Assembly: GCA_046545815.1 (NCBI GenBank)
Contig: JBKGZA010000002.1
Location: 1-62,881, forward strand
Length of the DNA: 62,881 nt
DNA from: Bacteroidales bacterium
GTDB taxonomy: Bacteria; Bacteroidota; Bacteroidia; Bacteroidales; UBA12077
Direction of reading: 5' to 3'
Shown here piece after piece: positions 47,292 through 58,407 of this stretch. How positions within the stretch are numbered: the stretch's first letter is position 1; each line of letters opens with the position of its first letter. The translations under genes and the position numbers were made by a program. The notes beneath the pieces were generated by a model. The model saw only the letters and a list, made by a program, of their open reading frames with translations. It was not told the origin of the DNA and searched no databases.

Positions 47292-47921
47292 ATGGGTAAC
47301 ATAAAAATCATCCCGGCAGTATTCTTTCTAACCTGCATATTTTCAGCAACCTCTAATGCTCAAATTGATCAGGTAACTTTTAAAGATAGCGTCTATGCGG
47401 CTACCTTTACGCATTATTTTATACCGGTGAAAGTGAGCAACAACGACACCTCGCGGATAAGTGATCCTGAAAGTATTTCATCCATTGAATGGACAAAAAA
47501 CGGAAGCACGCTAAAAATGGATTCTCTGACCGATAAAGGGTTTATTGCTTACAGACATAAATTTAATGAAGCAGGCACTTATGATATTGGTCTGGAAATA
47601 ACCGATACTTCCAATTTAGTGCATTATGCATCAAAAACCATCCGGGTTGAGAATTCCATCGAAGTTCCGAATGTTTTTTCACCCGATGAAGATGGAATAA
47701 ATGATGTGTTTGTGGTCAAATCAAGTGGCGACCGCAGGATTAAGCTCGAAATTTACACACGGAACGGTGAGTTAATCTATGAAAAGACAGGAACAGTGGT
47801 TTACTGGGATGGTAAGTTGGCTTCAGGAAATTATGCCAATCAAGGGGTTTACTATTATGTGGTAAAAACCCTGGATCAATCTGAAACGATCAAAAAAGGT
47901 TTTTTCCATTTGTTCAGATAA
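47292..47921 (+). CDS. secreted PKD-like domain protein with gliding-motility/T9SS type B C-terminal sorting domain
   Basis: Signal peptide (IIPAVFFLTCIFSATSNAQ), a PKD-like segment (EAGTYDIGLEITD), and the C-terminal VPNVFSPDEDGINDVFVV...GVYYYVV motif of the CHU_C / type B CTD. Confidence 0.8.
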   Translation: MGNIKIIPAVFFLTCIFSATSNAQIDQVTFKDSVYAATFTHYFIPVKVSNNDTSRISDPESISSIEWTKNGSTLKMDSLTDKGFIAYRHKFNEAGTYDIGLEITDTSNLVHYASKTIRVENSIEVPNVFSPDEDGINDVFVVKSSGDRRIKLEIYTRNGELIYEKTGTVVYWDGKLASGNYANQGVYYYVVKTLDQSETIKKGFFHLFR

Positions 47922-48219
47922 GGCAATTATTCCGAGAATAACAAAAATCCTCACCCGCAGAAGCATGCAACAGAGTGCTGTCTCCTCTCCTCAACAATAG
48001 ATAAATCTTTGTATTTCATTCTATAAAGCATGATAAAAGAAGGGAAATCAGGTTAAAATGGAGGGAAAATGAAGATTATGAATTTCGGTAATCTAATGGA
48101 GCATTACCAGCCAAAATCCAGCTTTTTATACCGGACTCGAAAATAAAAAGCAATGAAGCATTGCAATTTTGCCAATAATCTTATATCTTGATGTTGATAA
48201 ATTTTAAACCATTTTTACT

Positions 48220-51114
48220 ATGTATACAGTAATCATACTTATTCTGGCGTTTCTCGGGATACGCTTCATATACGTCGGAGCAAAGAAGCAAAAAAGAAGC
48301 CAAATATATCTGGGTGGGGCAATCATCCTGTTAACCTTCCTTTTCTTCCAGTTTATGTCGTTCTGGGGTGATAAGCTCTGGTATGATTCACTGGAGTTCA
48401 CCCAGCGTTTCTGGATAGAGATCGGTGTTAAAGCTGGTTTAATTGTTGCGGGCGCTATAGTCGCCGGACTTTTGATCCTAGCCCTTACTACACCTATTGA
48501 TAAAAGGAACATATTCTTCCGTTACCTGGCATTGGGAATCGGAATATTATATGGCGGAATATGGGGCTACAGCAACTGGGAAGTAATCCTGAAGTTCTTC
48601 AACAGTGTCAACGCTGGAATCACTGAACCCATTCTTCAGCGGGATGCCGCTTTCTACATGTTCAAACTTCCCTTATTCAAGGAACTTGTTGCTTTCTTCA
48701 TAGTGACATTCATCATATCTCTCGGCGGTTTACTGTTATCCCTTTATTCTCAGGATAACATGGGAGGTAAATTATCTTATGAAGAAATCAACTACCTGGG
48801 AGTGAAAATAGGACGGGCTGTGGTAATAGCAGGATCACTCTTTTTTATCGCGCTGGCACTACAGAAATATCTGGCCCGCTTCGATTTATTATTCTCCGAA
48901 TGGGGAGCTGTTTCAGGGCCGGGATGGACCGATGAACATATAAGATTCCCTGTTTACTTGATATCGTCAATACTAACCTTCCTGGTAGGTCTTTCCTTTT
49001 TCCTTCCGGCTTCACGAAGAAAATTCATACGGTTGCTCAAAAGATACCCCATCCAACCATATAACCTTGTTCCATCAGCATTCGGCATATTATTCGGAAT
49101 TATTCTGGGCATATGGTTGCTTCTGCTGGCTATAGTGCCGGCAGCTTTTCAGAGCCTGATAGTAGAACCCAATGAAATTTCCATGGAAACCCCTTATATT
49201 GAAAACAATATTCAATTCACACGCCATGGTTTCGACCTGGATGAGATCGAGGAAAGACAATATCCTGCAAATAAGGAATTTACGAGAGCAACGGTAGACA
49301 GCAACCAAACCGTTTTTTCAAATATCAGACTTTGGGACTGGAATGCCCTGTTAGAAGTTTATAACCAGTTCCAGGAGATCAGGTTGTATTATGACTTCTC
49401 CGATATAGATATAGATCGCTATACTTTCAACAACCGCTATCAGCAGGTGATGATTGCGGCAAGAGAGATGGAGCTTGACAACCTGCCGCCCCAGAGCCAG
49501 ACATTTGTCAACAGAAGATTTAAATATACCCACGGCTACGGCATTACGATGACCAAGGTGAACGAGTTCACCCAAAACGGTTTGCCGGTGATGCCCATCA
49601 AAAACATTCCACCCGAAACCCAATATCCCGAATTAAAGGTTGAGCAACCCGAAATATACTACGGGGAAGCAACACGAACCCATGTTATAGCCAACTCCAA
49701 AACCGAGGAGTTTGATTATCCCAGTGGCGAAGAGAATATATACACTTCCTATGACGGAAGTGGTGGAGTGCAATTGTCCAGTAGCTGGAGAAAGTTTTTG
49801 TTTGGCTGGAAATTCGACGGGACAAAATTTTTCTTCTCAAGCTATCCGGATAAGACAAGCCGACTCATGTTCAACAGGGAAATCAGTTCCCGGACTAAAA
49901 AAGTTGCTCCGTTTCTTGAATACGACGATGACCCCTATCCGGTACTGGTCGATGGCAAACTTTACTGGATCCTTGATGCCTATACCACATCCAATAATTT
50001 CCCTTACAGCCAGCCCTATAATTCAAGGGAGGTTATTGACTATTCGCAGGGTGATGTGGAGAGACAATTGGTCAACAATGTGGCACCACATTTCAATGGA
50101 GCCAATTACATGAGAAACTCGGTTAAGGTGGTGGTAGATGCGTTCAATGGAAATATAGATTATTACATATATGATGAAGACGACCCCATTATTCAGGTCT
50201 GGGACAATGTCTTTCCGGGTATGTTTAAAGAAGAAAGCGAAATGCCTGAAGCACTCAGATCCCATGTGCGCTATCCGGTGGATAAGATGCTTGTTCAGGG
50301 GCAGGTTTACGCAAAATACCACATGAGTGATCCAAGGGTTTTCTATAACCAGGAAGATTTGTGGTTAAGGGCCACGGAGAAGTATCAGGGAACCATCAAA
50401 CCTGTAGACCCTTATTTCATCATGTGGCAGCGCCCGGGTTCCAATGAAGCCGAATTCACACTGATTCAGCCTTTCACACCTAAAAACAGACAGGTTCTGA
50501 TCGGATGGGTTGCCGGTTTGAGTGACGGTGAAAACTACGGCCGGTTTATGACTTATAAATTTCCTAAAGACAGAAGGATACTCGGCCCACAACAGGTTGA
50601 AACCAAAATCGATCAGGATGCTGAACTTTCCAGTCAGCTAAGTCTTTGGGACCAACGTGGATCCACTGTGATTAGGGGAAATGTGCTGGCCATACCCGTA
50701 GGTGAAACCGTGATGTATGTGGAACCCATATACCTGCAGTCTGAAACTGCCGCCTATCCGGAGCTTAGACTTGTTTGTATCATGCATGAGGACAACCTCA
50801 GTTATGCTTCTTCTTTTGATGAAGCCCTGGAAGGCATTTTCAGGGGAGAACCGGTGAAAAAGATCACAAAAGCTGCGAAGGAAGAAATAGACGAGAGGGA
50901 AGAGAGGGAAGAGACAGAAGAAGAAAAGCAAGAAGAGGTGGACAGAGGTATTACAACCAATCAGCAGTTAATTCAGGATGCTGATGAATACCTGAATTCC
51001 TATCTCAGGAATATGGGTGATCAGAACTTTGATCAGGCTTCCCGGTCACTCCAGCAACTAAAAGAAACGCTGAACAAGTTGAAGCAGCAAAGTCAACAGG
51101 ATACAATGCAATAA
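48220..51114 (+). CDS. UPF0182 family large membrane protein, function unknown
   Basis: 964 aa with about 7 N-terminal TM helices followed by a large soluble domain (..YYGE....DYPSG....Y.G.GGV...). Layout and length are typical of UPF0182. It has an acidic/coiled C-terminal tail. Confidence 0.75.
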   Translation: MYTVIILILAFLGIRFIYVGAKKQKRSQIYLGGAIILLTFLFFQFMSFWGDKLWYDSLEFTQRFWIEIGVKAGLIVAGAIVAGLLILALTTPIDKRNIFFRYLALGIGILYGGIWGYSNWEVILKFFNSVNAGITEPILQRDAAFYMFKLPLFKELVAFFIVTFIISLGGLLLSLYSQDNMGGKLSYEEINYLGVKIGRAVVIAGSLFFIALALQKYLARFDLLFSEWGAVSGPGWTDEHIRFPVYLISSILTFLVGLSFFLPASRRKFIRLLKRYPIQPYNLVPSAFGILFGIILGIWLLLLAIVPAAFQSLIVEPNEISMETPYIENNIQFTRHGFDLDEIEERQYPANKEFTRATVDSNQTVFSNIRLWDWNALLEVYNQFQEIRLYYDFSDIDIDRYTFNNRYQQVMIAAREMELDNLPPQSQTFVNRRFKYTHGYGITMTKVNEFTQNGLPVMPIKNIPPETQYPELKVEQPEIYYGEATRTHVIANSKTEEFDYPSGEENIYTSYDGSGGVQLSSSWRKFLFGWKFDGTKFFFSSYPDKTSRLMFNREISSRTKKVAPFLEYDDDPYPVLVDGKLYWILDAYTTSNNFPYSQPYNSREVIDYSQGDVERQLVNNVAPHFNGANYMRNSVKVVVDAFNGNIDYYIYDEDDPIIQVWDNVFPGMFKEESEMPEALRSHVRYPVDKMLVQGQVYAKYHMSDPRVFYNQEDLWLRATEKYQGTIKPVDPYFIMWQRPGSNEAEFTLIQPFTPKNRQVLIGWVAGLSDGENYGRFMTYKFPKDRRILGPQQVETKIDQDAELSSQLSLWDQRGSTVIRGNVLAIPVGETVMYVEPIYLQSETAAYPELRLVCIMHEDNLSYASSFDEALEGIFRGEPVKKITKAAKEEIDEREEREETEEEKQEEVDRGITTNQQLIQDADEYLNSYLRNMGDQNFDQASRSLQQLKETLNKLKQQSQQDTMQ

Positions 51115-51191
51115 GTACGTTGCTTTGAAAGGTGTGAATTACAGAAAGGCCATTCAATCAATAAGCATTTGCAAAAAATAATACAAACATT

Positions 51192-51222
51192 AAAAAGCTC
51201 CCCGGACAGCGGGGAGCTTTTT
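51192..51222. terminator. bidirectional rho-independent terminator
   Basis: AAAAA-GCTCCCCG-gacag-CGGGGAGC-TTTTT, between the convergent UPF0182 (+) and sugar porter (-) genes. Confidence 0.9.
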
Positions 51223-51286
51223 AACTTTAAGAGATGATTTTAAGTCATCTATCTGACAGAACCATTTTATTTTCTATCCTCAACAC

Positions 51287-52906
51287 TCAGGCTTTGGGTT
51301 TTCTTCTTCCTCCCCAAAGTTCCCCCATATCTTCAAGGGTTCTGCCTTTGGTTTCAGGCACGATCTTCCATACAAAAAGGGCGGCCAGGATGCCCATTAC
51401 ACCGTACACCCAATAAGCAAATCCGTGGTTGAACAAGTCTGTAAGTACTACATTGTCATTCATCATCGGGAAAGTCCAGGAGACCATTAAGTTTGCAACC
51501 CACTGGGCAGCCACTGCAATTGACATGGCCCCGCGAATTGCATTGGGAAAGATCTCCGAGAGCACCACCCAGGTTATCGGGCCCCATGAAATGGCAAAGG
51601 CTGCTACATAAATGCCCATAGCAAAGAGAGCTCCCACTCCAAGGCTATTGAAGAAAAAGAAAAAGCCAAGAGCAAACATACTAACCGACATGCCAATGGC
51701 TCCGATAATTAACAACGGCTTACGTCCGAATTTATCAACTGTATAGATTGCCACAACGGTGAAAGCAAGGTTAACAACACCCATAAACAGTGTTTGCAGA
51801 AGGGAAACCTCTGTGTTGGCACCCATATTCCTGAAGATATCGGAAGCATAATAAAGTACCACGTTGATTCCCACGAACTGCTGAAAAACAGACATCAGAA
51901 TACCAATGATAATTACCTTGCCTCCAAAGGAGAGCCAGGGAAGTCGCTTTTCTCTCAGCGATTCTCTGATATCGGGCAATGTTCTTTGGGCCCGTTCCAG
52001 GCCAAGGAGCTTCTTCAGTGTAGTGAACGCCTTATCCTCTTTATCTTTCATTACATGGAACCTTGGAGTTTCAGGCACAGTGAACAGTAAAATGAAAAAT
52101 AAAGAGGCAGGAACTACCTCAGAGGCAAACATCCAGCGCCATCCAACCGTATTAATCCATTCCGACGAATTTCCCTTGGCAATGAAATAGTTGACAAAAT
52201 AAACCACCACCATTCCGAAGATGATAGCAAACTGGTTCCACGACACCAAACCTCCCCGCTTTTCAGCAGGTGCAATCTCTGCTATGTACATGGGTGAAAT
52301 CATGGAGGCAAGGCCTACACCAATCCCACCAATCACACGATAAGTGATGAATGAAGTAATGGCAGCACCGCCCATAAAATTAAGTTGCTCAGGCAATGCA
52401 GACCCAACCGCCGAAAGAAGAAATAATACGGCGGCCATTAACAATCCGTTTCGCCGTCCAATACCCTGACTGACATATCCTCCAATCGAGGCTCCAATGA
52501 TACAACCCAGAAGCGCACTCGATATGGTGAAACCATTGATCGAGTTGGCTATATTCGTGGATATTTCACTTTCGGAGCTGATAAAACGGTAATAAATAAC
52601 AAGTACTACAGCAATCCATACAAGTACGCTATAAAATATAGCTTTCTTATAATGATATAGCTTAAATAAAAACCTGGATATAAGAATACCAATAATCACA
52701 AAGCAGGCAGAAGCCAGGAACTTATATTCGAAAATCACTTTCCCTGCTAACCCAGGATTATCAAAAAGCGGATCGATAAAGAATACTCCCAGAGATTCAA
52801 CTGCCCCGTTGATCACAGCAGTATCATACCCAAAAAGAAGACCGCCGAGTGTTGCGACAAGCGTGATTAAAAAAGTATATTTTGCTGAACTTCTATTATT
52901 GGCCAT
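51287..52906 (-). CDS. sugar porter family MFS transporter (xylose/H+ symporter-like)
   Basis: 539 aa with 12 TM segments and sugar-porter signatures (GRRNGLL; PETPRF; PETKGRTLEDM). It follows xylA in the same operon. Confidence 0.85.
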   Translation of the reverse strand: MANNRSSAKYTFLITLVATLGGLLFGYDTAVINGAVESLGVFFIDPLFDNPGLAGKVIFEYKFLASACFVIIGILISRFLFKLYHYKKAIFYSVLVWIAVVLVIYYRFISSESEISTNIANSINGFTISSALLGCIIGASIGGYVSQGIGRRNGLLMAAVLFLLSAVGSALPEQLNFMGGAAITSFITYRVIGGIGVGLASMISPMYIAEIAPAEKRGGLVSWNQFAIIFGMVVVYFVNYFIAKGNSSEWINTVGWRWMFASEVVPASLFFILLFTVPETPRFHVMKDKEDKAFTTLKKLLGLERAQRTLPDIRESLREKRLPWLSFGGKVIIIGILMSVFQQFVGINVVLYYASDIFRNMGANTEVSLLQTLFMGVVNLAFTVVAIYTVDKFGRKPLLIIGAIGMSVSMFALGFFFFFNSLGVGALFAMGIYVAAFAISWGPITWVVLSEIFPNAIRGAMSIAVAAQWVANLMVSWTFPMMNDNVVLTDLFNHGFAYWVYGVMGILAALFVWKIVPETKGRTLEDMGELWGGRRKPKA

Positions 52907-52935
52907 AAAAAGATTCAGTAAGCATCAAGTTAAAA

Positions 52936-54267
52936 TTAGCGGATATAATTGTTCAGAAGATTTTCATAATACTCTTGCTTTCCGCTAATCTTTGGCGGCT
53001 CACCTTTTTCAACAGCAATCTCCCTGAGATCTTCCAGGCTCAGCTCTTTATTTTCAAACTTTTTTCCCTCACCCGAATCGAAAGAAGAATAACGTTCTCT
53101 TCTTAATTTCGTATATTCCGAATCATTCATGATTTTATCCGCTGCAATCAGAGCGCGTGCAAAAGTATCCATGGCGCCAATATGGGCATGGAACAGATCG
53201 TCCGGATCGGTTGAATTTCTTCTCAATCCGGCATCAAAGTTAATACCTCCGCCTTTAAAGCCACCTGCTTCAAGAATTACCAGCAGTGCTTCGGTAACTT
53301 CATACACATTGTTAGGAAATTGATCGGTATCCCAGCCATTCTGGTAGTCTCCCCGGTTGGCATCAATGCTGCCCAGCATACCTGCGTTGGCTGCAACCTG
53401 AAGTTCATGCTGGAAAGTATGGAGTGCCAAAATGGCATGATTCGCTTCAATATTCAGCTTAAAATCATCCATCAGGTTATATTTTCTCAAAAATTCCAAT
53501 ACTGTGGATGCATCAAAGTCATACTGCGCTTTTGTGGGCTCCATGGGTTTGGGTTCAATAAAAAAATTACCCTTAAAGCCGTTTTTCCGGGCATAATCAC
53601 GGGCCAACTCCAGCATTCTCGCATAATGATCAATTTCCCGCTTCATATTGGTATTCAAAAGACTCATATAACCTTCACGGCCTCCCCAGAAAACATAATT
53701 GTGACCATCAAGAGCGATGGTGGCATCCAGGGCACGTTTAAGCTGAGCACCGGCATGAGAGACTACGTCAAAATCAGGATTGGTGGAAGCCCCATTCATA
53801 TAACGGGCATTGTTAAAAAGATTGGCAGTTCCCCATAAAAGCTCAATACCTGATTCTCTTTTTTTCTCCTTGGCATAATCCACCATTTTTTGCAGACGTT
53901 TCTCGGTTTCCTGCACGGTGTCGGCTTCATCAACCAGATCAATATCGTGAAAACAGAAAAAAGGAACGCCCAGTTTGGTCATGAACTCAAACGCAGCATC
54001 CATTTTGTCAGTGGCCCGTTGTATGGGGTCTTTAGCAGTATTCCAGGGCCAGTCACGGGTTCCCTCTCCAAATGGGTCACCGCCGGTACTGCAGAACGAG
54101 TGCCAGTAAGCAACAGCAAACCTAAAATGCTCTTTCATGGTCTTACCACCAACCACCTTATTTTCATCGTAAAATTTAAAGGCATAGGGATTGGTCGATT
54201 CGGGACCTTCATATCTGACTTTTCCGATCCCTTTGAAATATTCTTTATCACCAGTTAAATACTCCAT
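52936..54267 (-). CDS. xylA: xylose isomerase
   Basis: 443 aa with FCFHD, WGGREGY, FFIEPKP and the HTFQHEL metal/catalytic regions. Confidence 0.95.
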   Translation of the reverse strand: MEYLTGDKEYFKGIGKVRYEGPESTNPYAFKFYDENKVVGGKTMKEHFRFAVAYWHSFCSTGGDPFGEGTRDWPWNTAKDPIQRATDKMDAAFEFMTKLGVPFFCFHDIDLVDEADTVQETEKRLQKMVDYAKEKKRESGIELLWGTANLFNNARYMNGASTNPDFDVVSHAGAQLKRALDATIALDGHNYVFWGGREGYMSLLNTNMKREIDHYARMLELARDYARKNGFKGNFFIEPKPMEPTKAQYDFDASTVLEFLRKYNLMDDFKLNIEANHAILALHTFQHELQVAANAGMLGSIDANRGDYQNGWDTDQFPNNVYEVTEALLVILEAGGFKGGGINFDAGLRRNSTDPDDLFHAHIGAMDTFARALIAADKIMNDSEYTKLRRERYSSFDSGEGKKFENKELSLEDLREIAVEKGEPPKISGKQEYYENLLNNYIR

Positions 54268-54333
54268 AATGTTTTAGATTTATAGGATTCAAAATATAAC
54301 AATGTTTCTTCCTGAAGCGGAAGAGATAAGTTT

Positions 54334-55827
54334 TTACAATTCTTGTTTCAATGTCTTCTCCAGTGTCTTTTTCCAATATTCATAAGCAGCTTGGTATTCA
54401 GAAGCCTTTTCCACATCGGGTTCGACTTCCGATACTTTTTTCAACCCAGCGAAAGCCTCTTCAAAATCTTTATAATAACCTGCACCTATCGCTCCTCCTC
54501 TTGCAGCACCCTGAGCTCCATCGGTATTGTATAGCTCAATAGTGGCGTTGGATACAGAAGCAAGGATGGTTTTAAATACCGGACTCAGAAACATATTGGC
54601 ATTCCCGGCACGTATAACCGAAGGCCGAATGCCGATATCCTTCATAATATCCAGACCATACTGGAAAGCAAATACGATCCCTTCCTGTGCTGCGCGAAAC
54701 AGATGTCTTTGATCATGAATATTAAAATTCAGATGATGAATGCTGCTGCCCGGATTGGCGTTATTCAATACCCGTTCTGCACCATTACCAAAGGGTAAAA
54801 CCACCAGACCTTCCGAACCAATCGGAGCTTCAGATGCAAGCTTATTCATTTCTTCATATCCATAACTACCGGCGGCATTTCTTTTAAGCCAGGCATTCAG
54901 GCTGCCCGTGCCATTGATACATAATAAAACCCCCAGTCTTGGATCTTCAGAGGTATGATTTACATGAAGAAAGGTATTTACCCTGGAACGGGGATCATAC
55001 TTCACCTCATCGCTTACACCATACACTACCCCTGAAGTGCCGGCAGTAGCAGCAATTTCTCCCGGATTAAGCACATTCAGGGAAAGCGCATTATTGGGCT
55101 GATCCCCTGCTCTGTATGACACCGGTATGCCCTCCGGAAAACCAAGTTCCCCGGCTACTCCGGAAGTAACACCTATATCAGACGAGAAATTGGGCACTAC
55201 TTGTGGAAACATTCGTTCATTTAACCCAAAATAATCAAGAAGGAAGTCTGCTTTCCCACTGTTTTTGAAATCCCAGAATATACCTTCCGATAAACCCGAA
55301 GGAGTGGTTGTGGTCTCGCCGGTCAACTTCATAGCAATATAATCGCCCGGCAGCAAAATTTTTGAAATCTGAGAAAAAAGATCGGGTTCATGCTCTTTGA
55401 CCCAACCCAGTTTAGAAGCAGTAAAATTCCCCGGAGAATTGAGCAGATGCTTCAGGCATTTTTCCTGTCCGATTTGATCAAATGCCCTATTGCCCGTTTC
55501 AACAGCACGACTGTCACACCAAATGATCGAAGGCCTGAGTACTTCTTTCTTATCATTAATGAGAACAAGCCCGTGCATTTGATAAGATATTCCTATGGTT
55601 TTAACATCCGAAGGCTTCAATTCAGAGTTCCTAAATATCCTGAAAGTGGCTTCTTTCAGGTTCTCCCACCACATTGCAGGGTCCTGTTCTGCCCAGTCAC
55701 TCTGGGGAGCTTCCATTCTCATTTCTTCATCCGGACTTATACCGGAGGCTACACTACTTCCTGTGGAAATATCCACCAAACTAGCCTTTACAAAAGAACT
55801 TCCAATATCATAACCTATTGCATACAT
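54334..55827 (-). CDS. xylB: xylulokinase (FGGY carbohydrate kinase)
   Basis: 497 aa with FGGY N- and C-terminal domains (GYDIGSSFVKA; GISYQMHGLV; GGAIGAG), positioned upstream of xylA. Confidence 0.9.
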   Translation of the reverse strand: MYAIGYDIGSSFVKASLVDISTGSSVASGISPDEEMRMEAPQSDWAEQDPAMWWENLKEATFRIFRNSELKPSDVKTIGISYQMHGLVLINDKKEVLRPSIIWCDSRAVETGNRAFDQIGQEKCLKHLLNSPGNFTASKLGWVKEHEPDLFSQISKILLPGDYIAMKLTGETTTTPSGLSEGIFWDFKNSGKADFLLDYFGLNERMFPQVVPNFSSDIGVTSGVAGELGFPEGIPVSYRAGDQPNNALSLNVLNPGEIAATAGTSGVVYGVSDEVKYDPRSRVNTFLHVNHTSEDPRLGVLLCINGTGSLNAWLKRNAAGSYGYEEMNKLASEAPIGSEGLVVLPFGNGAERVLNNANPGSSIHHLNFNIHDQRHLFRAAQEGIVFAFQYGLDIMKDIGIRPSVIRAGNANMFLSPVFKTILASVSNATIELYNTDGAQGAARGGAIGAGYYKDFEEAFAGLKKVSEVEPDVEKASEYQAAYEYWKKTLEKTLKQEL

Positions 55828-56008
55828 ACGTCCTGTTTCAAAATAGACACTGTAAAACTATCAAATTTAAAATAAATTAGGATGGATCAGATAAAAAATA
55901 ATGACAAATAATCGTATGATTATGCCAAATAAAAATGTACCAAAATTTTCTTTTATCATTAAAAACAAAATGTTACTTTTGAATGAAGAGAATATGTTTT
56001 TCCTGTTT

Positions 56009-56065
56009 AGTACCTTACCGGACAAGTTTTGCCAAAAAAAGCAAGAATTTGACCGGCAAGGTACT
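56009..56065. promoter_or_regulatory. 13-bp inverted repeat pair in the divergent xylB / glycoside-hydrolase promoter region
   Basis: AGTACCTTACCGG (56009-56021) and CCGGCAAGGTACT (56053-56065) are reverse complements with one mismatch. The 31-nt spacer is itself partly self-complementary. Confidence 0.55.
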
Positions 56066-56108
56066 AAATAATTAGGATCACCTGATTTTCAGAAAAACCA
56101 ATAAAAAA

Positions 56109-58400
56109 ATGAAATATCTACGTACAATTATTATTCTTGCAGCGGTTATGGGTTTTCTTATATACGGATGTAAGGATGTCGCCGAACACGAAGAAAAGGG
56201 GTGGACCATTACTGCCACTCCCAAAACTGCCAGCCTGACCATTGAAGAAGAAAAACTGGGAAAAGTAGCTGATGAAATTGAACTTATACTAAAGAAGGAA
56301 AACAAGATCACTCCCCTGTCCGCCTGGACAATAGAAGAACAGGAAGATAAAATGGTTATTACAACAGAAGAACCGCAAAAAACAAGATGGGAGTTTAGTG
56401 CAGGCGATTCCGCCATTAATGTGTTTTGCTCACACCCGGATGCACATTTAACCGGTACCTCTCCTGCCGGGGAAAAAAGAATTCCCGCTCGTATCCAAAG
56501 CCAGGATAACGGCATCATTTACACTCAGATGGGGCTTGTTTCCGCTACAAATATTTACAATTTGTTTGATATCCCCACGGATATTATGCTACGTTTCACA
56601 AGGGAAAGCACATTATCCAGAAACAGGGAAAACAACACACTGATGAATGTACTTATCCCCGTTACAGAAGGTAAAGAGATAACTGTTATTAATAATTATT
56701 ACACAGACGTTATAGGGCTTTCGCAATATCAGGAATCGGATTTCAAACCGGTATACAAACCCATCTCTGACAGATTCAAAACAGCTCCCACCGGATGGAG
56801 CAGCTGGTACAGTTATTATATGGCTGCCGACCAGGAAGACCTGATGAAAGAAACGGATGCCCTTGCCAAGAAACTAAAGCCTTACGGACTTGAGTATGTG
56901 CAGATTGATGCGGGCTACACCAAAGGCAAAGAAACCAACTGGCTTGAATGGAATAAATCCATGTATCCCGACGGTGGCAAATATTGGTTTGACTATGTCA
57001 GTGAGAAGGGTTTTAAACCGGGACTTTGGTTAAACCCCTATTGTGCAAACTACGCCAACCCAGCTATGGCGGATGAATATCCTGAAAATTTCTTTCTGAG
57101 GGATTCCTCCGGAAATCTATCCGATTCCTGCTGCTCCGCGGATTCCACTGTGGTAAGAATGGACTTTACCCATCCTGAAGTAATTGAAAAACATACAAGA
57201 CCGCTTTTTAACACACTGGTAAACGATTGGGGCCTCCGTTATATCAAAGTAGGCGGCTGGGGTTCCTGGATGGATTATTACCGGGAAAACAGAGAAAATG
57301 CCCTTAATCCTGATACCAAAAGCCGGAAAGCTTACAGAAGTGTAATAGCAGCAATCAGAGATGAAATGGGGGACAATAATTATATTTTAGGTTCTGCCAT
57401 GCATGAAATAGGCGTGGGCTTTGACTATTTTGACGGCTCGCGCACCGGCGGTGATGATTATGCCAATTGGGCCGGTAAGGGTCATGGGTCGGAAGGGATG
57501 CAGACCTTTTTCAATTCTCTTTTCGGTGCAAACTGGCTGAACGGAATCTGTTGGTGGTCAGATCCTGATAATGTAATGATCAGAGACCCCTTGAATATGA
57601 ATGAAGGCAAAACCATTGTAAGCTCCGTATCACTATCGGGCCAGGCTTACATGATCAGTGACTTCATCGCAGAATTCTCAGAAGAAAGACAAGAGGATTT
57701 TCTTCAGAGTGATGTGAATATAGGATGGGCCGGACAATATCCAGATAAAGTGAAGGCTTTACCGGAAGAAAAACTTGAGCTTTACAGAAAAACTTTGCCT
57801 GCCATGCCTATCCGGGCCATGGATCTCTATCCTTTTAAAGCCGATCCTGTCTCCTCTCCAAAACCCAAAGAATTTCCAAGGGCATTAGACCTAAAAGTAA
57901 ATTCAGAAGCAGGGATCTACGATGTCGTGGCACTTTATAACTGGAGCAATAAACCAACGGAGAAAGTCCTCGATCTTCAGGAAGACCTGGGGCTAAAATC
58001 AGAAACCAGCTACCTGGTATTTGACTTCTGGAATCAAAAGCTATCGGGTACATCCAGTATCATGCTCAAGGAAGAGGTCCCGGCCCATGGAACAAAAGCC
58101 CTGATTGTAAAAGAAGTTAATGAAAGGCCTCAACTTCTGGCTACTTCAAGACACCTAACCTGTGCATACAGCATCAATAAGCTGAACTGGGATGAAGAAC
58201 AAAAGGCGCTGACCGGAACATCCCAAACCGTCCCCGGAGAGCCGTACATTTTATTTATTCATATCCCCGAAAATTATGAATTTGACCATATGAAGATAGA
58301 TGCTAAAAATGCTTCCCATCAAATCCAGTCCAACGGAATAGTCGAAGTGGCATTTGGCGGGCAGGAAAAACCAACAGACTGGAAAATTGTATTCAAATAA
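56109..58400 (+). CDS. putative glycoside hydrolase, alpha-galactosidase-like (clan GH-D TIM barrel); family assignment tentative
   Basis: 763 aa with a lipoprotein-type signal (IILAAVMGFLIYGC) and motifs reminiscent of GH27/GH36 (PTGWSSWYSYY; YVQIDAGY; MDFTHPEV...WGLRYIKV; SRTGGDDYANW). Not verified by alignment. Confidence 0.55.
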   Translation: MKYLRTIIILAAVMGFLIYGCKDVAEHEEKGWTITATPKTASLTIEEEKLGKVADEIELILKKENKITPLSAWTIEEQEDKMVITTEEPQKTRWEFSAGDSAINVFCSHPDAHLTGTSPAGEKRIPARIQSQDNGIIYTQMGLVSATNIYNLFDIPTDIMLRFTRESTLSRNRENNTLMNVLIPVTEGKEITVINNYYTDVIGLSQYQESDFKPVYKPISDRFKTAPTGWSSWYSYYMAADQEDLMKETDALAKKLKPYGLEYVQIDAGYTKGKETNWLEWNKSMYPDGGKYWFDYVSEKGFKPGLWLNPYCANYANPAMADEYPENFFLRDSSGNLSDSCCSADSTVVRMDFTHPEVIEKHTRPLFNTLVNDWGLRYIKVGGWGSWMDYYRENRENALNPDTKSRKAYRSVIAAIRDEMGDNNYILGSAMHEIGVGFDYFDGSRTGGDDYANWAGKGHGSEGMQTFFNSLFGANWLNGICWWSDPDNVMIRDPLNMNEGKTIVSSVSLSGQAYMISDFIAEFSEERQEDFLQSDVNIGWAGQYPDKVKALPEEKLELYRKTLPAMPIRAMDLYPFKADPVSSPKPKEFPRALDLKVNSEAGIYDVVALYNWSNKPTEKVLDLQEDLGLKSETSYLVFDFWNQKLSGTSSIMLKEEVPAHGTKALIVKEVNERPQLLATSRHLTCAYSINKLNWDEEQKALTGTSQTVPGEPYILFIHIPENYEFDHMKIDAKNASHQIQSNGIVEVAFGGQEKPTDWKIVFK

Positions 58401-58407
58401 AACCACA

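Noticed and set aside
58354-58407. Upstream extension of the rhamnosidase ORF overlapping the preceding hydrolase gene
   Set aside because: The extension (MAGRKNQQTGKLYSNKTT) precedes a perfect lipoprotein signal that starts at the ATG at 58408. The shorter start removes the 47-nt overlap.
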